A DNA stretch of 64,000 bases from Bacilli bacterium (GTDB lineage Bacteria > Bacillota_I > Bacilli_A > RF39 > UBA660), in the NCBI GenBank assembly GCA_030531695.1, contig JAUNMV010000001.1, positions 9,137 to 73,136 of the forward strand. The letters run 5' to 3'. Positions 37,314 through 46,520 of this stretch are shown piece by piece. Within the stretch, counting starts at the first letter, position 1, and each line of letters starts with the position of its first letter. Under the pieces are notes generated by a model, which did no database searches, was not told where the DNA came from, and was given only the letters and a program-made list of their open reading frames with translations. Both the position numbers and the translations under genes were made by a program.

Positions 37314-37339
37314 AAGGAAGTCACAACTTCCTTTTTTTT
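37314..37339 (+). terminator. Terminator after rbr
   Basis: aaggaagt-caca-acttcctt hairpin followed by T run. Confidence 0.65.
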
Positions 37340-37381
37340 ATCTGAAATGATATAATCAATTTATAAATTGGGGTGAATAAA

Positions 37382-39568
37382 ATGAAACACGAACTTTTAG
37401 TACCAGCCGGTGATGTAGAAAGCCTAAATCAAGCAATTGCCAACGGAGCAGATGCAGTTTATGTCGGATGTAAAAACTTTGGAGCCAGAAAATTTGCTAA
37501 GAATTTTGAAAATGATGAAATAGTTACTGCTATAAAACTATGTCATTTATATGGTGTAAAACTATATGTAACAATGAATACTTTAATAAAAGATGCAGAA
37601 GTACCAGAATTCTTAGGTCAAATAGAATTCTTATATAAAGCAGGAGTAGATGCAGTCCTAATTCAAGACTTTGGTATGTTATGCTTAGTAAGAGAAAAAT
37701 ACCCTAACTTAGAAGTACACGCATCAACTCAAGCCAACACATCATCTAAAGAGACAGCAGCACTATATCATTCTTTAGGAGTAAAAAGAGTAGTGTTCTC
37801 TAGAGAAATGTCTCTAGATGAAATAAAAAAAGTAGATGTCCCAATAGAAAAAGAAGTATTTATTCATGGAGCATTATGTATTAGTTATTCAGGATGTTGT
37901 CTTATGAGTAGTATGCTAGGTGGTAGAAGTGGAAATAGAGGAGAATGTGCTGGATGTTGTAGATTACCATATACTCTAGAAAAAGGACAAAGAGTAATGG
38001 CAAATGATAAGTATCTTTTAAGCACAAAAGAGTTAAATACTTCATATAGATTTGAAGAATTATTAAATAGCGATATAACTAGTTTTAAAATAGAAGGTAG
38101 AATGAAATCGCCTGAATATGTAGGATTTATCACAAGATTCTATAGAAATTTAATTGATAGCCATTGCAAAAACGTAGATATAGATGGACTAAATAAACAA
38201 TTAAAAACTATCTTTAATAGAGGATTTACTGAAGGATATTTATTTAATACTGATCCAGTAGAATTAATGAATAATGATACTCCTAACCACATAGGATTAG
38301 AAATAGGTAAAGTAATAGAAGTAACACCAAAATATATAAAAATAGAATTACAAGAAGAATTAAATCAACAAGATGGTATAAGATTTTTAAACAATGGTAA
38401 TGGATTCATCGTAAATTACTTATATGGACCAGATGGAAAATTAATAAATAGTGCACCAGCTGGAACAATATGTTTTGTAGATAATAAAGTTGAACTAACA
38501 ACAACAGATGTTGTATGTAAAACACAAGATTTTAAATTAATGAGTAGTTTAAAACAGCTACCTATAAGAAGAATACCTATAACAATACAAGTAAAAGCAA
38601 AACTATCAGAACCATTAGAGATAATAATGTCTGATGGAACATATACTTTTATGGTACAAGGTAATCCAGTACAACCATCACAAAATGCGCCAATGTCTAA
38701 GCAACGCATCCGTGAACAAGTAGAAAGATTAGGGGAGACTCCATTTACTAGTACTACAACAATAGTAGAATCAGACCCTAATATATTTATTCCAGTAAAA
38801 GAAATAAATGAATTAAGAAGATCATTAACAGAACAATTAGTCCAATCTAGAATGCAAGTAAATAAAGAATATGTAATAAATGATGTAGTAATAGATGTAC
38901 CAGATACTAAATTAGATCCAGCAATAACAGCATCAGCATATACAATGGAACAAGTAGATGCATGCAATAAGTATAAACTAAAAAGAATATATGTAATGGA
39001 TCATGAAGTAAGTAAAGAATATGATAATGATAGAATGTACTATGTCCCAACAAGAAATTCAAGAACACCATTAGCAGGATACAAAAAAAGAGCATTAGTA
39101 TCAGAATATTTCGATTTTTCTTTAAAAGAATATCTTGTAGGTAATTATGGTCTTAATGTAACAAATGTATATACTGCATATTATATATATAAACTAACAA
39201 TGCAAACAGTAACATTATCAGTAGAATTAACTAATGAAGAATTAATTAATTTTATAAATAATTACATCAAAACATTTAACAAATATCCGAATGTAGAAAT
39301 ACTAGCATATGGTAGAGTAGAAAATATGGTAATAAAAGGAAATATACTTAAATTATCAACAAAAGTATACGATTACAAATTAAGAGACAACAAAGGAAGA
39401 GTATTCCCAGTATTCTTTGATGGAGTAAATACACACGTATTAAATTATGAACTAGTAAAATTAGATGACGTTAAATTATTAAAGAAATATGCCAGTTTAA
39501 GATTAGATTTCTATGACGAAGATCCTGATAAGATTAAATCGATAATTAATGAGTATTTAATGTACTAA
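37382..39568 (+). CDS. U32-family protein (collagenase-like peptidase / RNA hydroxylation family)
   Basis: Matches the U32 signature E-x-F-x2-G-[SA]-[LIVM]-C-x4-G-x-C-x-[LIVM]-S as EVFIHGALCISYSGCCLMS. Confidence 0.85.
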   Translation: MKHELLVPAGDVESLNQAIANGADAVYVGCKNFGARKFAKNFENDEIVTAIKLCHLYGVKLYVTMNTLIKDAEVPEFLGQIEFLYKAGVDAVLIQDFGMLCLVREKYPNLEVHASTQANTSSKETAALYHSLGVKRVVFSREMSLDEIKKVDVPIEKEVFIHGALCISYSGCCLMSSMLGGRSGNRGECAGCCRLPYTLEKGQRVMANDKYLLSTKELNTSYRFEELLNSDITSFKIEGRMKSPEYVGFITRFYRNLIDSHCKNVDIDGLNKQLKTIFNRGFTEGYLFNTDPVELMNNDTPNHIGLEIGKVIEVTPKYIKIELQEELNQQDGIRFLNNGNGFIVNYLYGPDGKLINSAPAGTICFVDNKVELTTTDVVCKTQDFKLMSSLKQLPIRRIPITIQVKAKLSEPLEIIMSDGTYTFMVQGNPVQPSQNAPMSKQRIREQVERLGETPFTSTTTIVESDPNIFIPVKEINELRRSLTEQLVQSRMQVNKEYVINDVVIDVPDTKLDPAITASAYTMEQVDACNKYKLKRIYVMDHEVSKEYDNDRMYYVPTRNSRTPLAGYKKRALVSEYFDFSLKEYLVGNYGLNVTNVYTAYYIYKLTMQTVTLSVELTNEELINFINNYIKTFNKYPNVEILAYGRVENMVIKGNILKLSTKVYDYKLRDNKGRVFPVFFDGVNTHVLNYELVKLDDVKLLKKYASLRLDFYDEDPDKIKSIINEYLMY

Positions 39569-39611
39569 AAATAAAAAAATATGATAAAATTAAATAGACA
39601 GGAGTGATTAG

Positions 39612-40115
39612 ATGAACAAAAAAAAGATAAAAAATTATATACTTCTAGCAATTATATTTATATTAGGAATAGGATTAACTATGTACATGTGTAGTTGCTA
39701 TAGAGTATATGATGAATATCAAAAACAAACTCCAGTAATAAGAGGTACTCTATCTGAAATAACAAATGAAGAAATTACTCATTATGTTTTAGAAAACCCA
39801 ACAACAGTTATATATATGTGTACTTCAAGTAATGACATATGTAGACAATATGAAAAAGGATTAAAGAAATTAATTCACAATACAAATCTATCAGAATATA
39901 TAGTGTATCTAAATTTAAGTGATATAAATCAGGATGAATTTGTAGAACAATTTAATTATTCATATCCATATAAAGTTAAATTAACTACATCATATCCTGC
40001 ATTCGTAATATTTGAAGACGGACAAGTAAAAAACATTCTTCAAGGAAGCAAAGATAATCCGTTAACAATATCAAAAACAAAACAATTCATTGAATTGAAT
40101 CATATAGGAGAGTAA
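39612..40115 (+). CDS. Membrane-anchored hypothetical protein (thioredoxin-like size, no CxxC)
   Basis: N-terminal TM; no recognisable catalytic motif. Confidence 0.3.
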   Translation: MNKKKIKNYILLAIIFILGIGLTMYMCSCYRVYDEYQKQTPVIRGTLSEITNEEITHYVLENPTTVIYMCTSSNDICRQYEKGLKKLIHNTNLSEYIVYLNLSDINQDEFVEQFNYSYPYKVKLTTSYPAFVIFEDGQVKNILQGSKDNPLTISKTKQFIELNHIGE

Positions 40116-40143
40116 ATCTCTTCTTTTATTTAGGGAGGAAATA

Positions 40144-40659
40144 ATGAATAATATCGTACTTTATCAACCAGAAATACCACAAAACACAGGAAATATTATG
40201 CGTACCTGCGTAGCAACAAATAGTAAACTACATCTAATAAAACCTCTAGGTTTTGAATTAGATAGTGCTCATATAAAAAGAAGTGGAGTTAATTACATCG
40301 ATAAGTTAGATTATACAGTATATGAAAACTGGGAAGATTTTAAATCAAAAAATCCAGGAAAATACTTTTACTTTACTAGATATGGTAGAAAACCACACAC
40401 TGAATTTAATTTTGTACCAGAAAATAATGAAGATATATATTTAATATTTGGTAAAGAATCAACAGGAATTCCAAAGGAAATATTAAAAGATGAATTAGAT
40501 AAGTGTATGAGAATACCTATGACTTCAAACGTACGTGCTTTAAATGTATCTAATAGCGTCGCAATAGCAATATATGAAGCACTAAGACAACAAGATTATA
40601 ATGATTTATTACGTGAAGAACCACATAAAGGAGCAGATTATTTAGAAAGAGATGATTAA
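40144..40659 (+). CDS. trmL: tRNA (cytidine/uridine-2'-O-)-methyltransferase TrmL (SpoU/TrmH family)
   Basis: IVLYQPEIPQNTGNIMRTC, LIFGKESTGIP and LNVSNSVAIAIYE motifs. Confidence 0.8.
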   Translation: MNNIVLYQPEIPQNTGNIMRTCVATNSKLHLIKPLGFELDSAHIKRSGVNYIDKLDYTVYENWEDFKSKNPGKYFYFTRYGRKPHTEFNFVPENNEDIYLIFGKESTGIPKEILKDELDKCMRIPMTSNVRALNVSNSVAIAIYEALRQQDYNDLLREEPHKGADYLERDD

Positions 40660-40721
40660 TAGTCATCTTTTTTTGTTTAAAAAGTGAAATAAAAATCATA
40701 ATCCTTATGGAGGATTAGATT

Positions 40722-41498
40722 ATGTCACAATATAAAGTAGAAATATCAGGAATAAACACTAATGATTTAAAGGCTTTAACTAATGAAAAAATGAATGAAT
40801 TATTTAAATTACTTAAAAATGGAAAACAAGAAGTACGAGATTATATTGTAGAAGGAAATTTAAAATTAGTATTATCGATAATAAGAAAGATGAATGTAAG
40901 AAGCGATAATATGGATGATTTATTTCAAATAGGATGTATAGGTTTATTAAAAGCAATAGATAACTTTGATTTATCTTACAATGTTAAATTTTCAACTTAT
41001 GCAGTCCCAATGATAATGGGAGAAATAAGAAGATATATAAGAGATAATAATCAAATAAGAATAAGCAGATCTGTAAAAGATATAGCTTTTAAAATAGTTA
41101 AGATGAAAGAAGAATTTTATTCTAAAAACGGATATGAAATGAGTACAAAAGAATTAGAAGAAAAACTAAATGTTAGTCAATATGAAATAGCAAATGCATT
41201 AGAATCACTTAAAGATCCTATAAGTATATTTGAACCTATATATAATGATGGTGGAGATACTATACTTCTATATGATCAAATAGAAGATAAAAAAAGTAGC
41301 AAAAATGAATTATCATCAAAATTAGCCTTAGAAAAAGCAATAAATGATTTAGATAAAAGAGAAAATTTTATATTAAATCAAAGATATATAGTGGGGAAGA
41401 CTCAAATGGAAATTGCTAAAGAATTGGATATATCACAAGCTCAAGTATCAAGACTAGAAAAAGGAGCAATAAAACAACTACAAAAAGTACTAAAATAA
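40722..41498 (+). CDS. sigG: Sporulation sigma factor SigG-like
   Basis: Close match along its length to the remembered B. subtilis SigG: KVEISGINT, GNLKLVLSII, DDLFQIGCIGLLKAIDNFD, VKFSTYAVPMIMGEIRRYIRDNN, FEPIYNDGGD, GKTQMEIAKELDISQAQVSRLEK. Confidence 0.8.
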   Translation: MSQYKVEISGINTNDLKALTNEKMNELFKLLKNGKQEVRDYIVEGNLKLVLSIIRKMNVRSDNMDDLFQIGCIGLLKAIDNFDLSYNVKFSTYAVPMIMGEIRRYIRDNNQIRISRSVKDIAFKIVKMKEEFYSKNGYEMSTKELEEKLNVSQYEIANALESLKDPISIFEPIYNDGGDTILLYDQIEDKKSSKNELSSKLALEKAINDLDKRENFILNQRYIVGKTQMEIAKELDISQAQVSRLEKGAIKQLQKVLK

Positions 41499-41536
41499 TA
41501 ATAATAAAAATATAATTGAATAGAAAAGAGGTTTCT

Positions 41537-41764
41537 ATGAAATTATCAGAATTACAAAGTAAAAAAATAATTAGTGTATCAGATGGTAAAAACATAGGGA
41601 GTATAATAGATGCAGTAATTAATTCTAACGGACAAATAGAAGTACTATTATTAGAGTCCAGTAGAGGGCTCTTCAATATAAGTAAAGATATGGATATGAA
41701 AATATATTGGAAAGAAATAGAAAAAATAGGCGAAGATGTAATATTAGTAAAAAAAGAGTACTAA
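41537..41764 (+). CDS. YlmC/YmxH-family PRC-barrel sporulation protein
   Basis: MKLSELQSKKIISVSDGKNIGSIIDAVI... Start at the ATG after AAAAGAGG. Confidence 0.7.
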   Translation: MKLSELQSKKIISVSDGKNIGSIIDAVINSNGQIEVLLLESSRGLFNISKDMDMKIYWKEIEKIGEDVILVKKEY

Positions 41765-41793
41765 TAATGATATAATTAATATGAGGTGGAACA

Positions 41794-42072
41794 ATGAAAA
41801 CAATAGAACTACAAAACAATAAGTACGAATTAATAAGAAATGATAAGGATTGTTTTAATTACGAAGACATAAAAGAAAAAGTAACAGACTACTTTGAAGA
41901 CTATGATTACATCTTAGGAGATTTCTCATATGATAAGGTTCGTTTAAAAGGATATTATGAGTCAACTAATAAGAAAGCAACAAAAATCAATGATATTAAA
42001 TACATAGATGACTATATAGAAAATTACTGTAGCTTTGGTGCAAGGGTTTTTGTTTTGAAAAAAATAAAGTAA
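41794..42072 (+). CDS. YutD-like protein (DUF1027)
   Basis: YELIRNDKDCF...YDYILGDFSYDKVRLKGYY...YCSFGARVFVLKK resembles YutD. Confidence 0.7.
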   Translation: MKTIELQNNKYELIRNDKDCFNYEDIKEKVTDYFEDYDYILGDFSYDKVRLKGYYESTNKKATKINDIKYIDDYIENYCSFGARVFVLKKIK

Positions 42073-42139
42073 AACTCTTGTTTTTCATTGAAAATATGTT
42101 AGAATAGAATTATATGAATAATAAGGGAGGATTTCTCAT

Positions 42140-42415
42140 ATGGAAAATCAAGAATTTGAAAAGAAAATAATGACAATTGTTTCAGAAGACGGTTCAGTAG
42201 AAGAAGTTGAAGTAATTCTAGCATTCGAATTCAAAGATACAAAAAAAGAATATGTTGTATATACAAAAAATGAAAGAGATAGTAATGACAATATTACAGT
42301 ATATGTATCAAATGTAGACCGCTCATCTGGAGAACCTAAATTAATGGGTGTTGAAGATGAAGAGGAATGGAACAAGGTTAAGGATGTATTAAGAGAATTA
42401 TCAAAGACTGAATAG
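42140..42415 (+). CDS. DUF1292-family small acidic protein
   Basis: The pattern IVSEDGSVEEVEVILAFEF...KEYVVY...EEEWNKVKDVL is typical of DUF1292. Confidence 0.6.
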   Translation: MENQEFEKKIMTIVSEDGSVEEVEVILAFEFKDTKKEYVVYTKNERDSNDNITVYVSNVDRSSGEPKLMGVEDEEEWNKVKDVLRELSKTE

Positions 42416-42436
42416 TTGCGAGGGAGGTTTATCAGT

Positions 42437-44026
42437 ATGAATATTGAGTATAAGGATTTTGAAAGTCAATCAGTTCAAAAAGTAAAAGAAGCTAACAAAA
42501 TAAAGTTTAAGCAATCTTCATTCAGTGTAATCTACAATACATTTAAAGACTTTGTAAAAAGAAAAATAGTTAATATTGTAGATAAAAAATTAGAAAAAGC
42601 TAAAAATGATCTTGAAAACTATGAGTTCAAAAGAGGAGACGACTTAGTTAATTCCTATGGAATAACTAACAAGGATCAAATCATATATAAGAAAACTAAA
42701 GCTATCGAGAAGATGAAAAAGATTTTAAATTTCTTAGAAAGAGATAATTATAATAACATATCTTCCGGAGCAGAAGAAGATAGACCATTAAGAATAAGAA
42801 CTGATATGGAAAAAGGAGTAAAATATAACGTTACTAGTATTGAAAAGTCAGATGGTAATAACAACGAATTAAATGATACAAAGAAAGTTATTGAAGAAGA
42901 AACTGCAAAAGTAAACGAAAAAATAGATAATATCAAAGCAGCAGCTCCAGAAGAAGAAAAAGAACAAGAAAACTTCGAAAATATCACAGTAGAAGATACT
43001 AAAAAATCAGTAGATAAATCATTTGAAGAAGAAGCAAAAGATGCTACTCCTGTAACTACTGAAAATATTCAAGAATCAATTGAAGAAAAAATTGAAGCGG
43101 AAGCAAAAGATGTTACTCCTGTAACTGCTGAAAATATTCAAGAATCAATTGAAGAAAAAATAGAAGAAGAAGCAAAAGATGCTAATACTATAACTGCTGA
43201 AGATATAAAAGAATCAATCGAAGAAAAAATTGATGAAGAAGCAATAGCATATGAAGATGTTGAAAAAATTGCTAAAGAAGAATTTAATGTAGAACCTGAA
43301 AAAGCAGCAGAAGTTACTCCTATAACTAATATAGAAAGAAGAGAAATAGGTGGAATTAATGCATTACCTCAAGAAGATACTGAGGATATAAATAAAGGTA
43401 TCTTTAATACTGAAGAGGAAAACAAAGAAGAAACAGTAACTACTGAAGAAGAAAATAGAGAAGTACCAGTTGTTGCTCCAGATAGAGAAGAAGAATTTAT
43501 CAAAGCAAATGAAGAATTCAAAGAAGCAGAAGAAGTTTATGAGAAAATAATGAATGAAACTGTATCTGAAGAAGAAGCAACAAAAGAGGTAGAAGAATCT
43601 GATGAAAAAATTTCTGAAGAAACACCAGTAGAAAATGAAAAGAAAGAAATACCTGAAGAAGAGAATATAGGATTCGACTTTAGTGATGCATCAATTGAAG
43701 ATATGAAGAAAGCTGCAGAAGTAACTACTTCTCAAAAAGATTTAACAGCTATGATGCTAAAAATCAAGATGTTAAAGAAAGAAGAAGAAAGAACTAAAGA
43801 ACAAATCAAGAAAGCAAAAGAAGAAGCAGCACTAAAAGAAGTAAAATATCAAGAAACATATAAGATGTTTGATGATTATTGCAATGAACTAGAGGCAAAA
43901 TGTAATAAAAATCTAGAAGAAAAAGAAGCAATTATTAATAAGTCAAAAGAAAAAGATGATGCTATTAATAAAATGCTTTCAGCAATGGGAACACCAGAAG
44001 AGAATAATTCAAAAAAGAAGAAGTAA
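42437..44026 (+). CDS. Highly acidic coiled-coil/repeat protein of unknown function
   Basis: E/K-rich throughout, with three 23-aa repeats. The ATG follows GAGGGAGG. Confidence 0.5.
   Translation: MNIEYKDFESQSVQKVKEANKIKFKQSSFSVIYNTFKDFVKRKIVNIVDKKLEKAKNDLENYEFKRGDDLVNSYGITNKDQIIYKKTKAIEKMKKILNFLERDNYNNISSGAEEDRPLRIRTDMEKGVKYNVTSIEKSDGNNNELNDTKKVIEEETAKVNEKIDNIKAAAPEEEKEQENFENITVEDTKKSVDKSFEEEAKDATPVTTENIQESIEEKIEAEAKDVTPVTAENIQESIEEKIEEEAKDANTITAEDIKESIEEKIDEEAIAYEDVEKIAKEEFNVEPEKAAEVTPITNIERREIGGINALPQEDTEDINKGIFNTEEENKEETVTTEEENREVPVVAPDREEEFIKANEEFKEAEEVYEKIMNETVSEEEATKEVEESDEKISEETPVENEKKEIPEEENIGFDFSDASIEDMKKAAEVTTSQKDLTAMMLKIKMLKKEEERTKEQIKKAKEEAALKEVKYQETYKMFDDYCNELEAKCNKNLEEKEAIINKSKEKDDAINKMLSAMGTPEENNSKKKK
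43025..43237 (+). repeat. 3 x 69-bp in-frame tandem repeat
   Basis: gaagcaaaagatg... recurs at 43031, 43100 and 43169 (period 69). It encodes EEAKD(A/V)TPVT(T/A)ENIQESIEEKIE. Confidence 0.85.
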
Positions 44027-44062
44027 TTCTTCTTTTTTTTTGAATAAAGAATATATTATAAT

Positions 44063-44566
44063 ATGAAAAATATACAAGATAATAATTGGGTTGGTAATTG
44101 GCAAGCTAAAAATGACTATTTAGAAAAGGTATTATCAAATAATAAGAATGAAATAATTGAAGAGACAAAAGATTATTATATAGGATTGGCAGAAACAGCC
44201 ATATTTATTGCAAAAAGAAGTAAAACATTAAATAATAAAGTAATATGTCACAAAAGAATAAATATGAATAATGATGATAATAGAATATTAGATTATAAAG
44301 AGCGAGAATATGGGGAATATATAAAATATTTGTTGTTTTATAAAGAAAAAAGAATTGACTATTTAAAAGAATATGTTGATAAAAATATAAAAAATAATTT
44401 ATCTAAAGAATTGATAATGGCTAGAATATTATATCCATCTGAATACTTTGATTTAATAGACAACTTTTATAAAGGAATAGATATTAATAATGATATATAT
44501 AAATTACTAAATAAAGAAAAATTAAGAAGTGAAATAGTTTCATACATAAATAAAAAAAGAGGTTAA
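44063..44566 (+). CDS. Hypothetical protein (no SD; coding status uncertain)
   Basis: 167-aa ORF that starts 36 nt after the upstream terminator, with no Shine-Dalgarno sequence. Confidence 0.3.
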   Translation: MKNIQDNNWVGNWQAKNDYLEKVLSNNKNEIIEETKDYYIGLAETAIFIAKRSKTLNNKVICHKRINMNNDDNRILDYKEREYGEYIKYLLFYKEKRIDYLKEYVDKNIKNNLSKELIMARILYPSEYFDLIDNFYKGIDINNDIYKLLNKEKLRSEIVSYINKKRG

Positions 44567-44571
44567 CCTCT

Positions 44572-44805
44572 TTAATCAATATTTCGAACTTCTTTAACTT
44601 CTGGAATTTCGCTTGTAATCATTTCCTCAATACCATCTTTTAAAGTCATATCAATCATAGCACAATCTTTACAAGCACCAAATAATCTAACATAAACTAT
44701 ATTATCCTCATATTTTACGAATTCTAAGTTTCCACCGTCATTTACTAAATATGGTCTAATTTTATCAATTAGAGCTATAATCTTTAATTCTACTTCATTA
44801 TCCAT
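44572..44805 (-). CDS. NifU/Nfu-type Fe-S cluster scaffold-like protein
   Basis: IRPYLVNDGGNLEFV...LFGACKDCAMIDMTLKDGIE. Start at MDNEV after GGTGAT. Confidence 0.75.
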   Translation of the reverse strand: MDNEVELKIIALIDKIRPYLVNDGGNLEFVKYEDNIVYVRLFGACKDCAMIDMTLKDGIEEMITSEIPEVKEVRNID

Positions 44806-44905
44806 AATAATCACCGAAGAAATTATATCATATGAAAAAAAATATTTCAAACTAACCTTGTTAAAGATGAATGAAATTGTTATAATATAAAAGCGAGGTG
44901 TGAAT

Positions 44906-45259
44906 ATGGCTGATTTTAAGATAAATGATGAAGTAACTGGAATAGTAACTGGAATTGAATCATATGGGATTTTTGTTAATGTAGATGATTATAGTGGTTT
45001 AATTCACATATCAGAAATATCTGAAAACTTTGTTAGAAATGTTGGAGACTTTGCAATAGTTGGTGACAAAATAAAAGTAAAGATCATAGAAATAGATGAA
45101 GCTGAAAAACACCTTAAGCTAAGCCTAAAGTCCTTAAACGAGGAAAAAAAGAAGTCAAAAAAAGAAAAAATCGTTGAAACAAGCAAAGGCTTTCAATCAC
45201 TAGAAGATTCACTTGAAGAATGGGTAAACGATAAAATAAGTGAAATTTCTCAAAAATAG
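44906..45259 (+). CDS. S1 RNA-binding domain protein (YugI/GSP13-like)
   Basis: S1 fold pattern VTGIVTGIESYGIFVNV...GLIHISEIS...GDKIKVKIIEID. Confidence 0.75.
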   Translation: MADFKINDEVTGIVTGIESYGIFVNVDDYSGLIHISEISENFVRNVGDFAIVGDKIKVKIIEIDEAEKHLKLSLKSLNEEKKKSKKEKIVETSKGFQSLEDSLEEWVNDKISEISQK

Positions 45260-45289
45260 TAAAAAAAAGCAAAAAAAAGTTTAAAATTG

Positions 45290-45318
45290 TTGACAAATAT
45301 ACATATTATTGGTATATT
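45290..45318 (+). promoter_or_regulatory. Promoter of the tRNA array
   Basis: TTGACA, 17-nt spacer, TATATT. Confidence 0.55.
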
Positions 45319-45353
45319 TAAATACGTCAACCGATAAATTAGTTATAATTTAT

Positions 45354-45430
45354 GGGCGATTAGCTCAGTTGGTTAGAGCACCTGCCTTACAAGCAGGGGG
45401 TCACAGGTTCGAGTCCTATATCGCCCACCA
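45354..45430 (+). tRNA. tRNA-Val (TAC)
   Basis: Cloverleaf, anticodon loop CTTACAA, encoded CCA. Confidence 0.9.
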
Positions 45431-45435
45431 TTAAT

Positions 45436-45511
<76 letters not shown>

Positions 45512-45518
45512 TTTTTTT

Positions 45519-45603
45519 GGAGAGGTAGCGAAGAGGCTAAACGCGACAGACTGTAAATCTGTTCTCTATGAGTTCGATGGTTCGAATCCATCTCTCTCCA
45601 CCA
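45519..45603 (+). tRNA. tRNA-Tyr (GTA)
   Basis: Anticodon loop CTGTAAA, long variable arm, encoded CCA. Confidence 0.9.
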
Positions 45604-45611
45604 CTTTAGAT

Positions 45612-45686
45612 TGCCTCGTAGCCAAGTGGTAAGGCATCAGACTTTGACTCTGACATGCGTTAGTTCGAATCTAACCGAGGCAGCCA
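45612..45686 (+). tRNA. tRNA-Gln (TTG)
   Basis: Anticodon loop CTTTGAC, U1-A72 pair, encoded CCA. Confidence 0.85.
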
Positions 45687-45699
45687 TTTTTTACAATAT

Positions 45700-45775
45700 G
45701 ATCTGTTAGCTCAGTTGGTAGAGCATTTGACTTTTAATCAAAGGGTCATGAGTTCGAATCTCATACAGGTCACCA
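45700..45775 (+). tRNA. tRNA-Lys (TTT)
   Basis: Anticodon loop CTTTTAA, encoded CCA. Confidence 0.9.
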
Positions 45776-45780
45776 TATGT

Positions 45781-45869
45781 GCCTGAGTGGCGGAATTGGT
45801 AGACGCACAGGACTTAAAATCCTGCGAGAATCAACCCTCGTGCCGGTTCAAGTCCGGCCTTAGGCACCA
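45781..45869 (+). tRNA. tRNA-Leu (TAA)
   Basis: Anticodon loop CTTAAAA, long variable arm, encoded CCA. Confidence 0.9.
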
Positions 45870-45876
45870 TATTAAT

Positions 45877-45969
45877 GGAGGAATACCCAAGTCTGGTTGA
45901 AGGGACCGGTCTTGAAAACCGGAAGGTCGTGCAAGCGGCGCAGGGGTTCGAATCCCTTTTCCTCCGCCA
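45877..45969 (+). tRNA. tRNA-Ser (TGA)
   Basis: Anticodon loop CTTGAAA, long variable arm, encoded CCA. Confidence 0.9.
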
Positions 45970-45976
45970 TATATAT

Positions 45977-46053
<77 letters not shown>

Positions 46054-46069
46054 ATTTAATATTTACAAT

Positions 46070-46146
46070 GGTTCCATGGTGCAGCTGGTTAACACGTCTG
46101 CCTGTCACGCAGAAGATCGCGGGTTCGAGTCCCGTTGGAACCGCCA
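46070..46146 (+). tRNA. tRNA-Asp (GTC)
   Basis: Anticodon loop CTGTCAC, encoded CCA. Confidence 0.9.
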
Positions 46147-46149
46147 TTT

Positions 46150-46225
46150 GGCTTCATAGCTCAGTCGGTAGAGCAAGGGACTGAAAATCCCTGTGTCGCT
46201 GGTTCGATTCCCGCTGGAGCCACCA
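46150..46225 (+). tRNA. tRNA-Phe (GAA)
   Basis: Anticodon loop CTGAAAA, encoded CCA. Confidence 0.9.
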
Positions 46226-46260
46226 TATTTTTTTTATTCAATAGATTACGAGAAGGATTA

Positions 46261-46338
<78 letters not shown>

Positions 46339-46359
46339 TTTTTTTTGAAATCAGTGTAC

Positions 46360-46436
46360 CGGGAAGTGGCTCAACTTGGTAGAGCACTTGGTTTGGGACC
46401 AAGGGGTTGCAGGTTCAAATCCTGTCTTCTCGACCA
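46360..46436 (+). tRNA. tRNA-Pro (TGG)
   Basis: Anticodon loop TTTGGGA, encoded CCA. Confidence 0.9.
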
Positions 46437-46448
46437 TTTATATATATT

Positions 46449-46479
46449 AAGCATTCTAGAAATAGAGTGCTTTTTTTTT
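46449..46479 (+). terminator. Terminator of the tRNA array
   Basis: 10-bp stem aagcattcta/tagagtgctt, GAAA loop, T run. Confidence 0.7.
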
Positions 46480-46520
46480 GTATTCTGCTTACCCCTTGAT
46501 CACAAACCAATTATTTACAA

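Noticed and set aside
38416-38967. 183-aa ORF antisense to the U32-family gene, plus other 60-110-aa antisense ORFs (e.g. 2534..2725, 2772..2984, 13204..13536, 48732..49067, 52904..53182)
   Set aside because: All are embedded in stronger opposite-strand genes, have low-complexity composition and lack start signals.
42437-44026. The acidic repeat protein as a possible T4SS effector or surface adhesin
   Set aside because: It has no signal peptide, TM segment or wall anchor. It lies 23 kb from the secretion locus among housekeeping genes.
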